This document shows positions 11,937 through 22,294 of a stretch of 64,000 nucleotides of DNA, piece by piece. The stretch's first letter is position 1. Each line of letters starts with the position of its first letter. Position numbers and translations under genes: made by a program. This stretch comes from Thainema sp. (lineage in GTDB: Bacteria; Cyanobacteriota; Cyanobacteriia; Phormidesmidales; Phormidesmidaceae). The stretch spans positions 1 to 64,000 of the forward strand of contig JBQLZK010000002.1 of NCBI GenBank assembly GCA_052168235.1. Reading direction: 5' to 3'. The notes under the pieces are model-generated. The model saw nothing but the letters and a program-made list of their open reading frames with translations. It did not search any database and was not told where the DNA came from.

Positions 11937-13136
11937 ATGTCTATTTCTGTCGCTCATAAGGCAATTGCGCTGGGTCTGCTGATTGCCATTGGTTATGCTC
12001 TGAAACGTAAATTTCCCGATCCCAATTCAATCAAAACGCTGCGATCGCTAATTTTGAACGTCGCACTGCCCGCTACCATTTTTCTGTCCACGCTGTCGAT
12101 TGATACCGATCTGAATCTGGCCCTGCTGCCCTCATTTGCGATCGCAATTAATTTAACGCTGCTGATCGTGGGCTTTGGCCTAGTCTACGGCTTGATGGGC
12201 GAAAACAGTCGGCCCCAGGTAAGGACGCTGGCCCTGCTGTTTCCCTCGCTGGCTCCGGGGTTGACGCTGTATCCCTTCATTGAACAGTTCTTCGGTCGGG
12301 ATGGCTTGGCCTGGGCGGCATTGGCGGACGTCGGCAATAAGCTATTTGTCTTGGTGGGGCTGTATATCCTGGCTCTGGTTTGGTATCAGCGATCGCAACT
12401 TGATCCCGATCAGGCTGGACAGCCGCATCAGACCCCGAAAAAGTCGGCCCAATGCGTTGAAATTTTGCGCTTTCTGGTGACGGAACCCGTCAACGTGGCC
12501 ATTGTGGCGGGGCTGGGGCTGGCCTGCTTCCACGTCACGCCCGCATCGTTGCCCCCAGCGATGTTCTCAGCGATTGATCGACTGGCGGACTGTTCCACGC
12601 CGCTGATTTTGATTTACATTGGCCTGTCGCTGAAGCTGCGATCGCCCCAGTTGGGCAAAACGCTGATGATTTTGCTGGTGCGCTCCGGTGTCGGCTTTTT
12701 AATCAGTGCAACTGCGATCGCACTTGTTCGACCGACGGAACCGGAAGCGCTGATGCTGTTTGTGGCACTGCCGCAAGCGTCATTTAGCCTGCTGCCGCTG
12801 CTTCATGCCGCCACCATTAACCAGCAGGCGGCACAAGCGCAGTCCGATCCCGCTGATCCCTTTGATGATTTAGATGATTTATCGGATTCCGCATCGACTC
12901 CCTTCTTCGACACCGACTTCGCGACGGCTTTACTGGCTCGCTCCTTTCTGTTTTCCATCAGCATCTTCATGCTGGTCTTCTCCAGCGGCACCCACTTTGC
13001 ACAGCCGTTTAGCCTAGGTCTAGCGGGTTTGGGAGCATTCGCAGCATGTGCGATTGGCCAAGGATGGCGCTATTTACCGCTGCATTGGTTTCGCTTCAAG
13101 CGACCTAAGCACTCCATCGGCATGTGGATACCTTAA
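11937..13136 (+). CDS. AEC/malate-permease-like membrane transporter, copy 1
   Basis: About 10 TM helices with LILNVALPATIF; two-repeat layout with a central hydrophilic loop. Confidence 0.75.
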   Translation: MSISVAHKAIALGLLIAIGYALKRKFPDPNSIKTLRSLILNVALPATIFLSTLSIDTDLNLALLPSFAIAINLTLLIVGFGLVYGLMGENSRPQVRTLALLFPSLAPGLTLYPFIEQFFGRDGLAWAALADVGNKLFVLVGLYILALVWYQRSQLDPDQAGQPHQTPKKSAQCVEILRFLVTEPVNVAIVAGLGLACFHVTPASLPPAMFSAIDRLADCSTPLILIYIGLSLKLRSPQLGKTLMILLVRSGVGFLISATAIALVRPTEPEALMLFVALPQASFSLLPLLHAATINQQAAQAQSDPADPFDDLDDLSDSASTPFFDTDFATALLARSFLFSISIFMLVFSSGTHFAQPFSLGLAGLGAFAACAIGQGWRYLPLHWFRFKRPKHSIGMWIP

Positions 13137-13288
13137 AGGCTCCTAATCAATCCGCACTGATGCAGTTTAGGCATATCCCAAGCCAGCGGGTAAACAGCCA
13201 ACTTTGATCAACAAGCTGGCAATGTTACATCGAGTCTGAATAGAAAGAACCCGAATAGGCTATTGTTCCGCTACATTATGGTGGCAAA

Positions 13289-13393
13289 TATAGCAGTAGC
13301 CGCATTGTTTAGGACATTGGGAAACTCTAAAAACGTTCAAACGTTTAAATGTTGGATTTCGTAACTGTCTCAATCAAAGTGGTAAAGGCTCTA
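13289..13393. mobile_element. Degenerate MITE-like remnant
   Basis: Ends TATAGCAGTAGCCGCATTGTTTAGGACA and TGTCTCAATCAAAGTGGTAAAGGCTCTA match as inverted repeats at 18/28 positions. Confidence 0.35.
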
Positions 13394-13456
13394 CCTCTTC
13401 GGGTTCTTGATTTACAAGGTATAAGTCTGAGCTTGCTATTTGTCTCTTGTCTATCT

Positions 13457-14641
13457 CTATAGAGATTTGAGAACGTGTTTGATTTGTTTTATAGACTTTT
13501 GGTTAAGAGTAATTAATAGTTTGGTGGGCAGCAAAAATAAATTCTTCTTCAAACTTTCTGTCATTGGTAAAATAATTTCAGAGTTCTCAGAAGGAATAGC
13601 AACTTCTTGTTTAAGGCAAGCCTCGCGGAATCTAGGATCTGTATAAATTGATAGCTTGTGATGCAAAGGAAACGGAAACGGTTTCGCAGGAATACCGGCA
13701 GACTGTAAGGCATTTATAGCATCTGCGGCTGAAGCTCCAGCCTGCGTTACGTGAATTGGATATCCTTCATAGAAGCTGCCTCGAACTGCTTGTGGGGAAA
13801 GTTTGGCGAACTCAAAACCGTCTAGGTCTGCCATCTCTTGATCAAGCATTTCCGCATGCCTTAATTTGATTTTATTGATCTGGTTGATGTGATCTAGATC
13901 GGCATTTGCTAATAGAGCACCAAGTGGATGCATGCGTCTTTTAAAGCCAACTCCGGTAAAACGGAACTCCTCCGCATCAATCTTAAAAAATAAATCGGCA
14001 TGTCGCGTAAAATGTCCCCACATCGACATGCGAATGTAGCCTAAAAGGTGATTTGTTACGACAATTCCACCTTCACCGCTCGCTACCGTTTTACTACCTT
14101 GTAAACTGAAGGCTCCGTAATCACCAATACTACCGCATAGCTGATCGCCCCAACGAGCACCATGTGCGTGGGAAACATCTTCAATCAGAGTGATGTTCCG
14201 TTCTTTGGCGATCTTCACTAAAGCATCCATGTCAGCAGGAATGCCAAACAAATGAACGACGATAATGGCTTTTGTATAAGGGGTGATCTTTCTAGCAACA
14301 TCCAGAGGACAGATTGTGAATGATTGATCGACATCGGCAAAAACTGGTACTGCTCCGGCATTCACAATAGGATCAATAGATGCATGAAATGTACAAGACG
14401 GAACAATAACTTCATCTCCTTGTTTGACATTAGCAGCAAACAAGGCAGCTTCTATAGCGGAAGTGCCATTGCAAAAGCTGAGGGCATATTGCTTGTTTGA
14501 ATACTTTGCGAACCGTTGTTCAAAGTCCTCAAGAAACTTGGGATAAAAGCTAATTTGTTTCGTTAGGACAGCTTTGCCGACTGCCATTAGTTGTTTTATG
14601 CGAACCTGAGACTGAATAAGCGAATAAGTTAGTGTACTCAT
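13457..14641 (-). CDS. DegT/DnrJ/EryC1/StrS-family PLP-dependent aminotransferase
   Basis: NGTSAI, DEVIVP, VHLFGIP, IEDVSHAHG and FSLQGSKTVASGEGG (PLP lysine). AT-rich, no HIP1 seen. Confidence 0.92.
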   Translation of the reverse strand: MSTLTYSLIQSQVRIKQLMAVGKAVLTKQISFYPKFLEDFEQRFAKYSNKQYALSFCNGTSAIEAALFAANVKQGDEVIVPSCTFHASIDPIVNAGAVPVFADVDQSFTICPLDVARKITPYTKAIIVVHLFGIPADMDALVKIAKERNITLIEDVSHAHGARWGDQLCGSIGDYGAFSLQGSKTVASGEGGIVVTNHLLGYIRMSMWGHFTRHADLFFKIDAEEFRFTGVGFKRRMHPLGALLANADLDHINQINKIKLRHAEMLDQEMADLDGFEFAKLSPQAVRGSFYEGYPIHVTQAGASAADAINALQSAGIPAKPFPFPLHHKLSIYTDPRFREACLKQEVAIPSENSEIILPMTESLKKNLFLLPTKLLITLNQKSIKQIKHVLKSL

Positions 14642-14986
14642 TAATTTAATCTCATGAATTTGATACGGTACTAATTCTGTACATCGCTACTTTGGTTGCG
14701 GTTTTACTCTTGCGAAATTTTATTGTGCCTAAGTCAATAACAAGAATGATTTTGTGCTGAATTTATCAATTCTTCGATTTAGTCAAACGCTTTATGAAAA
14801 AAATAAGATGAATGGCGATTTGGTTCATACAGCGGCTGCGAGTATGCTTATCGTATTGGCGCAAGATGGGAGTTGATTAACTTTCGTTCCTTGTTGCTGA
14901 CGAATTGCGATCGCATATCCGATCCGAAAGTCCTCAGCGTATTATCTGCGTACTTTTAGCCAGTATGCTGAGTAGATTTGAGCATG

Positions 14987-17900
14987 CTAACCGTAGCTTG
15001 CTTCATTTGAATTTTCTGTCTTTGGGGTGAACAGCAGGTAGAGACACGGCACAACAACCAAGGCGCTGATAGTGGCCGCAATTAGACCGAAGATGATGGC
15101 GCTACAGAGGGGCATCCAGGTGGGATCGCTCAGCGCCAGGGGAATTAGGCCAATGATCGTGGTAACACTGGTGGTCAGCACGGGCCGAAGGCGATCGGCT
15201 ACACCTTGAGCGGCAGCCTGTCGCACCCTCATGCCTTCTTGCTGATAGCTGTTCATCGTATCGACCATGACGATCGCATCATTCACGACGACACCGACCA
15301 AGGCGATGATGCCGATGAAGGCCGAAAAGGAAAAGGGAATACCCGCTAGAAAAAAGCCACCGACGGTGCCAATTAGGGCAAAGGGAATAGCCAACAGGAT
15401 AATAAACGGTTGCCGAAACGAACCAAGCTGGAGCACCAAGACGGCAAAGACCAGAAAGATCGCCAGTCCCAGCGCTTGGCCTGCCGAGCCAAACGTTTCC
15501 GCTTGGTCTTCCGTTTCGCCCCCAAAGCTGTAGCCGTAGCCCTGCGGCCAGTCCTGCTGCTGCATCTCTTGTAGCTGCGGCTCTAGATCGGCTAAGATTT
15601 CGCCCACCGTGCGGTTTTGGTTCTTGGCCAGTACCGTTACGGTGCGCTGCCCGTCCCGCCGCGTGACTGAGAGGGGTGCTTCGGCCTGGACGGCATTGAC
15701 GACGGCTCCGGCAGAAACAACTTCCTCTTCGGGATTGTTGGTAAAGAAACGAGCCGCCAGCAGCTCATCGCGCCGGGTGGGGCCGCCAACTCTGCCCTCG
15801 CGTGAGGGCCAAGCCGTACTCAGCCGAATTTCTAGGTCTTCCTGATCGCCACCGATTGCGTAGTCGCCCACGTCGATTGCCCGCGTGTAGTACTGGGCCT
15901 GGGCAGCTAGCTCATCTTCACTGAGGTCATAAAACGACAGCTCTTCGCGTTTGGGAATCAGACGTAAATCTTCTTGCAGTGCGCCCAAGTTGTCCCGCAC
16001 GTCAGTGGCACCGGGGACTTGGCGCAGCACCAGCTGGACTTGCTGCGAAATCTGCCGCAGCTGGCTGAGGTTGCTGCCCGTAATTTCCACCTGAATGGGA
16101 TCACCGCTCTGGGCGGACTGCTGGGCATTGAGTACCAGCGTTGCGCCCGGATACTGGCTGACGGCTGCCTCTAGCTCGTCTCGCAGATCATCCAGATATT
16201 CAAACGACAGCTGATCGCGCTCATCTTCCGGCAGAAAAATGCCTGAAAAACCCGCTAGATAGCTGCCTTCACTGGGCTGTAGCTCACCGGAAGCGACTAG
16301 ATTACTGCGCTGTCCCACGTATTTGACCACGCTGTCCAGATAGGGCTGCTCCCGCAGAATCGCGCCCAGGTCATCGGCTACAGTCTGGGTTACATCTAGC
16401 GTCGTGGTGGGCGGCAGTTCAACGTTGACGCTGAAGTTGCGCTGGTCGCCTTGGGGAAAGAACTCAACTGAGATCTGGCTGAATGAGGCCATTGCACAAA
16501 CAAACAGCGCGATCGCACCTAGCACCCAAGCCCAGGCCGTTTTCTTATTCTTGACGGTGTGATTGAGACTCCAACGCGCCCAGTGACGAGAAGCGGCTTC
16601 ACTCAGACGGTCAATCCGAGACGTTTGCTCTCCCTCTTTGACATGGGCCAGAAAATAACGAGACAGGGGAATATCAACCAAAATTGCGATCGCAAAACTG
16701 AGCACCAGGCAAATAATCGCCGTATAGGGCAAAAGCTGAATGAATTTGCCGAGGGTGCCGCTAATCGCCAACAGTGGAAACAGCGCCAGAATAGTAGTGA
16801 GCTGCCCCGCAAATGCAGGTGGAGCATAGGTTTTCACCGTTTTCAGGGCTGCTTGATCAAAGCTGAGTCCTTGCACAAAGATGAACTCGTGCATCCCCTC
16901 CATCATCAGAATAAACACATCCACCAAGATGCCGAGAGCCAGCACCATGCCAATCAGAACCATGTTATTCAGCGTTTGTCCGGTCAGCCAGAGCACCGCC
17001 ATCGTGCCCAAAAACGTCAGGGGAATCGACAGGCCCGCAATCAGTGCTTCGCGCCAGGAAAGGGCAATGAACAGGACGACAAACACCGCTGCCATCGCCT
17101 GGAGCGCGTTGACAAACAGGCTGCTCAACTGCTCCCAAATAATGTCCGCCTCGTTGGCAATCACGCTGTATTCCATGCCACTGGGCCAGTCATTGGGACT
17201 TTGCTGAATCTGCTCCACCGTGGCCAAAATGCGATCAATCACTTCAATCGAATCCTGCCCTGGCACCTTTTTAATGCCAACGCTAACGACGGGCTGGTAG
17301 GATTCGCCTTGGGTGTTGATGAAGGCGCGTGTCTCCTCCTGCTCCAGCTCGCGCTGCACGGTCGCCAGTTCCTCTAGGCGGACGACCCGCCCTTCTAGCC
17401 GGGCGACGGGCAATTCACGCAGGTCTTCGAGACTGCGAAACCGACCGTAAAACCGGACTTGTGAGCCAATGACGTCGCTTTCAATTTCCGATAGGGGAAC
17501 ATCTTGATTGGCCGAGCGAATTTGGTTGGCCACCGTTGTTGGCGCAATGCCCAGTGCTGCTAAGCGAAACGGGTTCATCTGGACGCTGATCACCTCTTCG
17601 CGCGACCCGCCCAAATTGACTTCGCTGACCCCCGCCACCTGTTCCAGTCGGTCTTGAATATTTTCTGCGGCTTGCGAAATCACCGTAGGATCAATATCGC
17701 CAAACAGCGCCAGCGTCAGAATCGGCGCATCATTGACTGAAACCTGTTCCACTACGGGCTGATCGGCTTCTTGCGGTAATTCTGACTCGGTTTGGGAAAC
17801 CGCCTGTCGCAGTTCCTGAATCGCCTGATCCGGATCGGCCTCCGACGTGAATTCAACATTAATCACCGAAAAGCCTGTGTAGGAGGCGCTCTGGATTTCG

Positions 17901-18277
17901 CTCACGTTTTCAACCGAAGTGATTTCGGTTTCGATTTCGCTGGTGACCTGCTGCTCAATTGTGGTTGGATCGGCTCCGCCCCAGGTGGTGGTGACGGTTG
18001 CAACCGCAATGTCGATATCGGGATTGGACTGCTTCGTCATCGCGAAATAGCCCAGCAGTCCACCCACTACCATCAGCAGACTGAGCAGAATCGCGAAAAT
18101 AGTGTTGAGAAAAAAGAAGCGCTCCAGCCGCGATGCTCGTTTGGCACGAGGCTGAGCCGGACGATCGCCATCTCGATTGCTATTCAATTCGTGCCCGTTG
18201 CCGTGCCCATTATTGCTGTTATTTTCGGTGTAATCATCATCCGTGCGAGCATGATCGGCGCGTTTGAACTCGCTCAT
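14987..18277 (-). CDS. RND efflux transporter, AcrB-like permease
   Basis: 1096 aa, two large periplasmic loops, LGILVDVFI (TM4), GVVVNDAIVMVD and RLRPVLTT. Confidence 0.95.
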   Translation of the reverse strand: MSEFKRADHARTDDDYTENNSNNGHGNGHELNSNRDGDRPAQPRAKRASRLERFFFLNTIFAILLSLLMVVGGLLGYFAMTKQSNPDIDIAVATVTTTWGGADPTTIEQQVTSEIETEITSVENVSEIQSASYTGFSVINVEFTSEADPDQAIQELRQAVSQTESELPQEADQPVVEQVSVNDAPILTLALFGDIDPTVISQAAENIQDRLEQVAGVSEVNLGGSREEVISVQMNPFRLAALGIAPTTVANQIRSANQDVPLSEIESDVIGSQVRFYGRFRSLEDLRELPVARLEGRVVRLEELATVQRELEQEETRAFINTQGESYQPVVSVGIKKVPGQDSIEVIDRILATVEQIQQSPNDWPSGMEYSVIANEADIIWEQLSSLFVNALQAMAAVFVVLFIALSWREALIAGLSIPLTFLGTMAVLWLTGQTLNNMVLIGMVLALGILVDVFILMMEGMHEFIFVQGLSFDQAALKTVKTYAPPAFAGQLTTILALFPLLAISGTLGKFIQLLPYTAIICLVLSFAIAILVDIPLSRYFLAHVKEGEQTSRIDRLSEAASRHWARWSLNHTVKNKKTAWAWVLGAIALFVCAMASFSQISVEFFPQGDQRNFSVNVELPPTTTLDVTQTVADDLGAILREQPYLDSVVKYVGQRSNLVASGELQPSEGSYLAGFSGIFLPEDERDQLSFEYLDDLRDELEAAVSQYPGATLVLNAQQSAQSGDPIQVEITGSNLSQLRQISQQVQLVLRQVPGATDVRDNLGALQEDLRLIPKREELSFYDLSEDELAAQAQYYTRAIDVGDYAIGGDQEDLEIRLSTAWPSREGRVGGPTRRDELLAARFFTNNPEEEVVSAGAVVNAVQAEAPLSVTRRDGQRTVTVLAKNQNRTVGEILADLEPQLQEMQQQDWPQGYGYSFGGETEDQAETFGSAGQALGLAIFLVFAVLVLQLGSFRQPFIILLAIPFALIGTVGGFFLAGIPFSFSAFIGIIALVGVVVNDAIVMVDTMNSYQQEGMRVRQAAAQGVADRLRPVLTTSVTTIIGLIPLALSDPTWMPLCSAIIFGLIAATISALVVVPCLYLLFTPKTENSNEASYG

Positions 18278-18279
18278 TG

Positions 18280-19947
18280 TTATCCTTCACTCCCCTGATT
18301 CACCACCTGCACTACAGCCCCGTCTACCAAACGGTTTTGTCCAGCCGTTACGACCTGTTCTCCAACCGTCACTCCACTTGCGATCGCTTGTTGGGTGATA
18401 CCCGTAACCCCTAGCTCTACCTGGCGCTGCTCCACCATGCCTTCGGAATCGACCACAAACACGTAGGGCACCTGATCGCGGCGCACGATGGCATTGAGCG
18501 GCACCACAACCGCATCGGGGTTCTCGGCCACCGCAATCCAGGTTAAGACCTGCTCTCCGTGCCGAATATCGCCAGTGGTGGTTGGATTGAGTCGCACTCT
18601 GGCTTCAATGGCGCGTCCGCCAGGGCTAATTGCAGGGTTGACGGCAAAGACTTCTCCTCGTGCTCGGGCACTAGCAATCAGCGTGTCTTGATACGTCTCA
18701 CCTTGATTGGTCGGATTATTTACGTCGGTTTCTGCGGCAACAAAGGCCGTTTGCCCTGCCTGCACTTGCTCACCCGTTGGCCCTGCTAAATCAACCAGCA
18801 CCTCGTACTGAGCTGGGTCAATAATCACCATCGGAATTCGCTCTAAGATGCCCTGATAGTCGCCCCCAAGCTGTGAGGTGACGACCTGCGGCGTAAAGTA
18901 TTCGCCTTCTGAAATATTGAGATAGGCAATGATGCCGTCAAACGGCGCGTAAATACTGGCTCCTTCCAGTGCCACCTCTGCTTGAGACAGCCGCGCTTGA
19001 GCCGTTGTAATGGCGGATTCCCGCGCCTCCACCTGCTGCTGGGCCGCGTCTACCTGCGCCTGGGCCGAGGCAACTTGCTGGCGGGCTGATTCAACTCTGG
19101 CTTGAGCGGTCTGCACCTGCGCCTGCGCGTCCTCTAATGCATTCTGGCGCTGGTCAAACTCCAAGTCAGATACAGCACCTTGATTGGCCAAATACTGGTA
19201 TCGCTCAACATTGGTGGCCGCTAGATTCCTTGCCGACTGCGCATTCTGGAGCTGCGCTTGAGCTTCCTGCACCTGGGTGCGAGCTTGAGCCACCTGAGTG
19301 CGAGCGCGAGCCACATCGGCGGCGGCGGCGGCCCGCTGCTGACGGGCTTCGGCCACAGATGCTTCGGCCTGCTGCACATCGGCGGTCAGTTGCCGATCAT
19401 CCACCCGCGCCAGTAGCTCACCTGCCCTCACTCGATCGCCTTCCCGCAAGCGACGACCCTCCCGATCGGCTAAATACGTCACGTCACCTTCAACTTCAAA
19501 GGTGAGATGCTGATACTCAACCGCTCGCACATTGCCCTCACTGGACACCCAGGCGCGAATCGGCTGTCGTTCTGCCGTCACGGCCTGTACGGATAGAGGG
19601 GCCCGTTCCGTTACCTCAACGGGAGCATTGTTTTCTTGTAATCGAATAAAGGTAACACCGCCCACGGCAACCACCAGCCCCAGCACTGGAATCAGCCACC
19701 AGTACTTTTTGATGCCTGAATTCTGCTCGCCATCTTGTTTCGTATCTGCTGAGACACTGGATGGCTCCGTCGCTGCGTCGTCTTCGGTGGGTGCGATCGC
19801 AGTTGATCGTTGCTCCGCCATTGTGTCTTCCAGCGCATTCATGGGATTGGCCGCATCAGACCGAGATGATTCTGGATTGGGCTGCGCGTTTGCAGATGGA
19901 TGCTGATGGGCTGGTCGGTCTTGCGTGGGTTGTTTTTGGGGGGACAT
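18280..19947 (-). CDS. RND membrane fusion protein (periplasmic adaptor)
   Basis: TM anchor, lipoyl halves (EGDRVRAGELLARVD; IYAPFDGII), long coiled-coil hairpin and VVPLNAI. ATG 19947 is the likely start. Confidence 0.92.
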   Translation of the reverse strand: MSPQKQPTQDRPAHQHPSANAQPNPESSRSDAANPMNALEDTMAEQRSTAIAPTEDDAATEPSSVSADTKQDGEQNSGIKKYWWLIPVLGLVVAVGGVTFIRLQENNAPVEVTERAPLSVQAVTAERQPIRAWVSSEGNVRAVEYQHLTFEVEGDVTYLADREGRRLREGDRVRAGELLARVDDRQLTADVQQAEASVAEARQQRAAAAADVARARTQVAQARTQVQEAQAQLQNAQSARNLAATNVERYQYLANQGAVSDLEFDQRQNALEDAQAQVQTAQARVESARQQVASAQAQVDAAQQQVEARESAITTAQARLSQAEVALEGASIYAPFDGIIAYLNISEGEYFTPQVVTSQLGGDYQGILERIPMVIIDPAQYEVLVDLAGPTGEQVQAGQTAFVAAETDVNNPTNQGETYQDTLIASARARGEVFAVNPAISPGGRAIEARVRLNPTTTGDIRHGEQVLTWIAVAENPDAVVVPLNAIVRRDQVPYVFVVDSEGMVEQRQVELGVTGITQQAIASGVTVGEQVVTAGQNRLVDGAVVQVVNQGSEG

Positions 19948-20763
19948 AAGGCAGATACAGTCAATAAGCAGCAGTCGATCAGACAGATTGGAATTCAAAT
20001 CAGTAAGGGTCGGGACAAATTAGTTTGAGCAGTTCAGAAAATACAGTTCAGAACAGCGTTTCAACGTAATAAATCAAAGCGATAAAAGGAAAACTTGCAT
20101 CAGAGTGCATCAGAGCAATACAAGTCTTTAGCGAATCTCTGCTGATTTTCTCAGTGAACCCTAGAACGTTTTGTGGCGAAGATTTTAAGAGTGATACGAC
20201 TAGTGATGAGCGATCGCAGAGTATGCAGAACGCTCTTTCAATTTTGATTTTTTGAGGGTGGTTCCAGCATCCCCTCAGCGAAAGAGGATTCGTAGCTTGA
20301 AGTTCTTCATCTGTGACTCTGTGGGATGAATTGGTGAGGGAAAAAGGCTGTAGAGGGCTGTAAAGATTTGCACACTCTATTTGGAAAGAGTGAGAAGTGA
20401 GGCGAATGCCACTTTCCCTAAAACCCAGTACCTGCAACCTAGGACCCAGCACCCAGCACCAACCCATCCGCTAGCTGAAAGCCATTGACGGGAAAAGTAA
20501 AGAGAGCGGCAAACTCGTAATCCGTATTTATTTGTGGTCTACGTATTTTTACAGGCTTTGCTTAGTTGGATGAGTCAAGAAAGCGCGATCGCAGATCCGG
20601 ATCAGCAGAGCAAAGATTATCAAAATCACTGAATTAGTGAATTTTTGATGTGGAGTCGCCTAAATCGACGTATGGCCTGATAAATCGGCGAAAAATTGGT
20701 GCTTTCTATAGATGGGAGCATTTTCCGAATCGTTGCGTGCAAACCATTTAGCGAGAGATATCC

Positions 20764-22029
20764 ATGACCATTTCCGTGACGCAGAAGGCCATCGCACTTG
20801 GGCTACTGATTGCAGTTGGTTATCTCCTGAAAGGCAAGTTTCCTGATCCGAGTTCCGTTAAAACACTGCGCACGCTGATTCTCAACGTTGCGCTGCCTGC
20901 CACCATCTTTCTGTCCACGCTGTCGATTAATACTGACCTCAATCTGGCGCTGCTGCCGTCATTTGCGATCGCAATCAATTTAGTTTTAATCATCGTCGGC
21001 TTTGGTCTCACCCGCTGGTTTATGCGCGATAATCGCCCGCCGCAGGTGAGAGCGCTGGCGCTGCTGTTTCCTTCTTTGGCACCGGGACTGACGGTTTATC
21101 CGTTTATTGAGCAGTTTTTGGGTCGGGACGGTTTGGCCTGGGCCGCACTGGCGGATGTCGGCAACAAGCTGTTTGTACTGGTGGGGCTGTATACGCTGGC
21201 TTTTGTCTGGTATCAGCGATCGCAAACTGAGCAATCCAAAACGGCTCAACAATCAGCGCCCAAGTCATCTAAGTCATCCGCTCAGTGGTTGAACGTGGTT
21301 CGCTTTTTAGTCACGGAGCCTGTCAACATCGCCATTGTCGCTGGATTGGGGCTCGCCTTTTTCCAGGTCACGCCGGAAGCGCTGCCACCGGCTGTCTTTA
21401 GCGCCATTAATAGCTTGGCGGCCTGCGCGACGCCGCTGATTTTGATTTATATTGGCCTGTCGCTGAATTTGAAGTCGCTCCAGCTCGGTAAGACGCTGGC
21501 GATTCTGCTAGCTCGATCCGGTGTGGGATTTTTGATTAGTGCAGCTGCGATCGCACTTTTACAACCGACAGAACCAGAAGCGCTGATGCTGTTTGTGGCG
21601 CTGCCGCAAGCTTCTTGCAGCCTCTGGCCGCTGCTGCACGCGACAACGATTAATCAACAAGCTGCTCAACAGTCGTCTACTCAAATATCCGGTAATTCCA
21701 GCACCGTATCTGACTCATTTTTTGATGTTGAGTTTGCCACAGCTTTACTAGCCCTTTCCTTCCCCTTTTCGATCAGCGTATTGATGATCGTCTTCTCCAA
21801 TGGGATGCGCTTTACCCAGCCGCTGAACTTGGGATTAGCGGGATTGGCAGGATTAGTGGGATGTGCGATCGCATGGGGCTATTGCTGTTTACCGATTCGG
21901 ATTCGCCTCCCGCTCCAAATGCGCGTCAGTCGTCAGCATCGCTACGGATTCAAGCTGCAATGGTGCAGTCTCGTAGAATCCATCACGCCCCTGTCAGCAT
22001 CCCAATCCCGCTCCGGCCCAACCAAGTAG
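20764..22029 (+). CDS. AEC/malate-permease-like membrane transporter, copy 2
   Basis: Clear paralog of 11937..13136 with long identical peptides, e.g. GRDGLAWAALADVGNKLFVLVGLY. Confidence 0.75.
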   Translation: MTISVTQKAIALGLLIAVGYLLKGKFPDPSSVKTLRTLILNVALPATIFLSTLSINTDLNLALLPSFAIAINLVLIIVGFGLTRWFMRDNRPPQVRALALLFPSLAPGLTVYPFIEQFLGRDGLAWAALADVGNKLFVLVGLYTLAFVWYQRSQTEQSKTAQQSAPKSSKSSAQWLNVVRFLVTEPVNIAIVAGLGLAFFQVTPEALPPAVFSAINSLAACATPLILIYIGLSLNLKSLQLGKTLAILLARSGVGFLISAAAIALLQPTEPEALMLFVALPQASCSLWPLLHATTINQQAAQQSSTQISGNSSTVSDSFFDVEFATALLALSFPFSISVLMIVFSNGMRFTQPLNLGLAGLAGLVGCAIAWGYCCLPIRIRLPLQMRVSRQHRYGFKLQWCSLVESITPLSASQSRSGPTK

Positions 22030-22197
22030 GGGCAGGTTTTGCGATCGCATACCAAGTTTTCTCAAGATTGGTGAGCGAAACCTGCCCTGTAGGATGTTTA
22101 CGAGAGACAGCAAAAACGCAGCGGCGTTGTGTGAGGGCAGGTTTGATGTCAGCATGTCGGACGGGACGAACTACGGATTGGCGAAACCTGCCCCTAC
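22026..22197. repeat. REP doublet / REPIN-like cluster (GTAGGGGCAGGTTT family)
   Basis: GTAGGGGCAGGTTT...AAACCTGCCCTGTAG followed by GAGGGCAGGTTT...AAACCTGCCCCTAC. Confidence 0.7.
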
Positions 22198-22294
22198 AAG
22201 ATGTTTTGGTAAACCCGTTTGGCGCGAACCATCGTTACGTGAAATCTCGGTCAAACCTGGGCACTCTAAGGCTACTTCCCCTCCCCCACGGCAT

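Noticed and set aside
16559..17377. 272-aa antisense ORF within the RND gene
   Set aside because: Shadow ORF with no independent evidence.
20048..20467. 139-aa ORF upstream of the MFP gene
   Set aside because: Starts in heptamer-type repeats, has no motifs, and is likely intergenic.
22094..22294. N-terminal extension of the hybrid kinase
   Set aside because: Translated REP cluster; ATG 22295 precedes the first TM helix.
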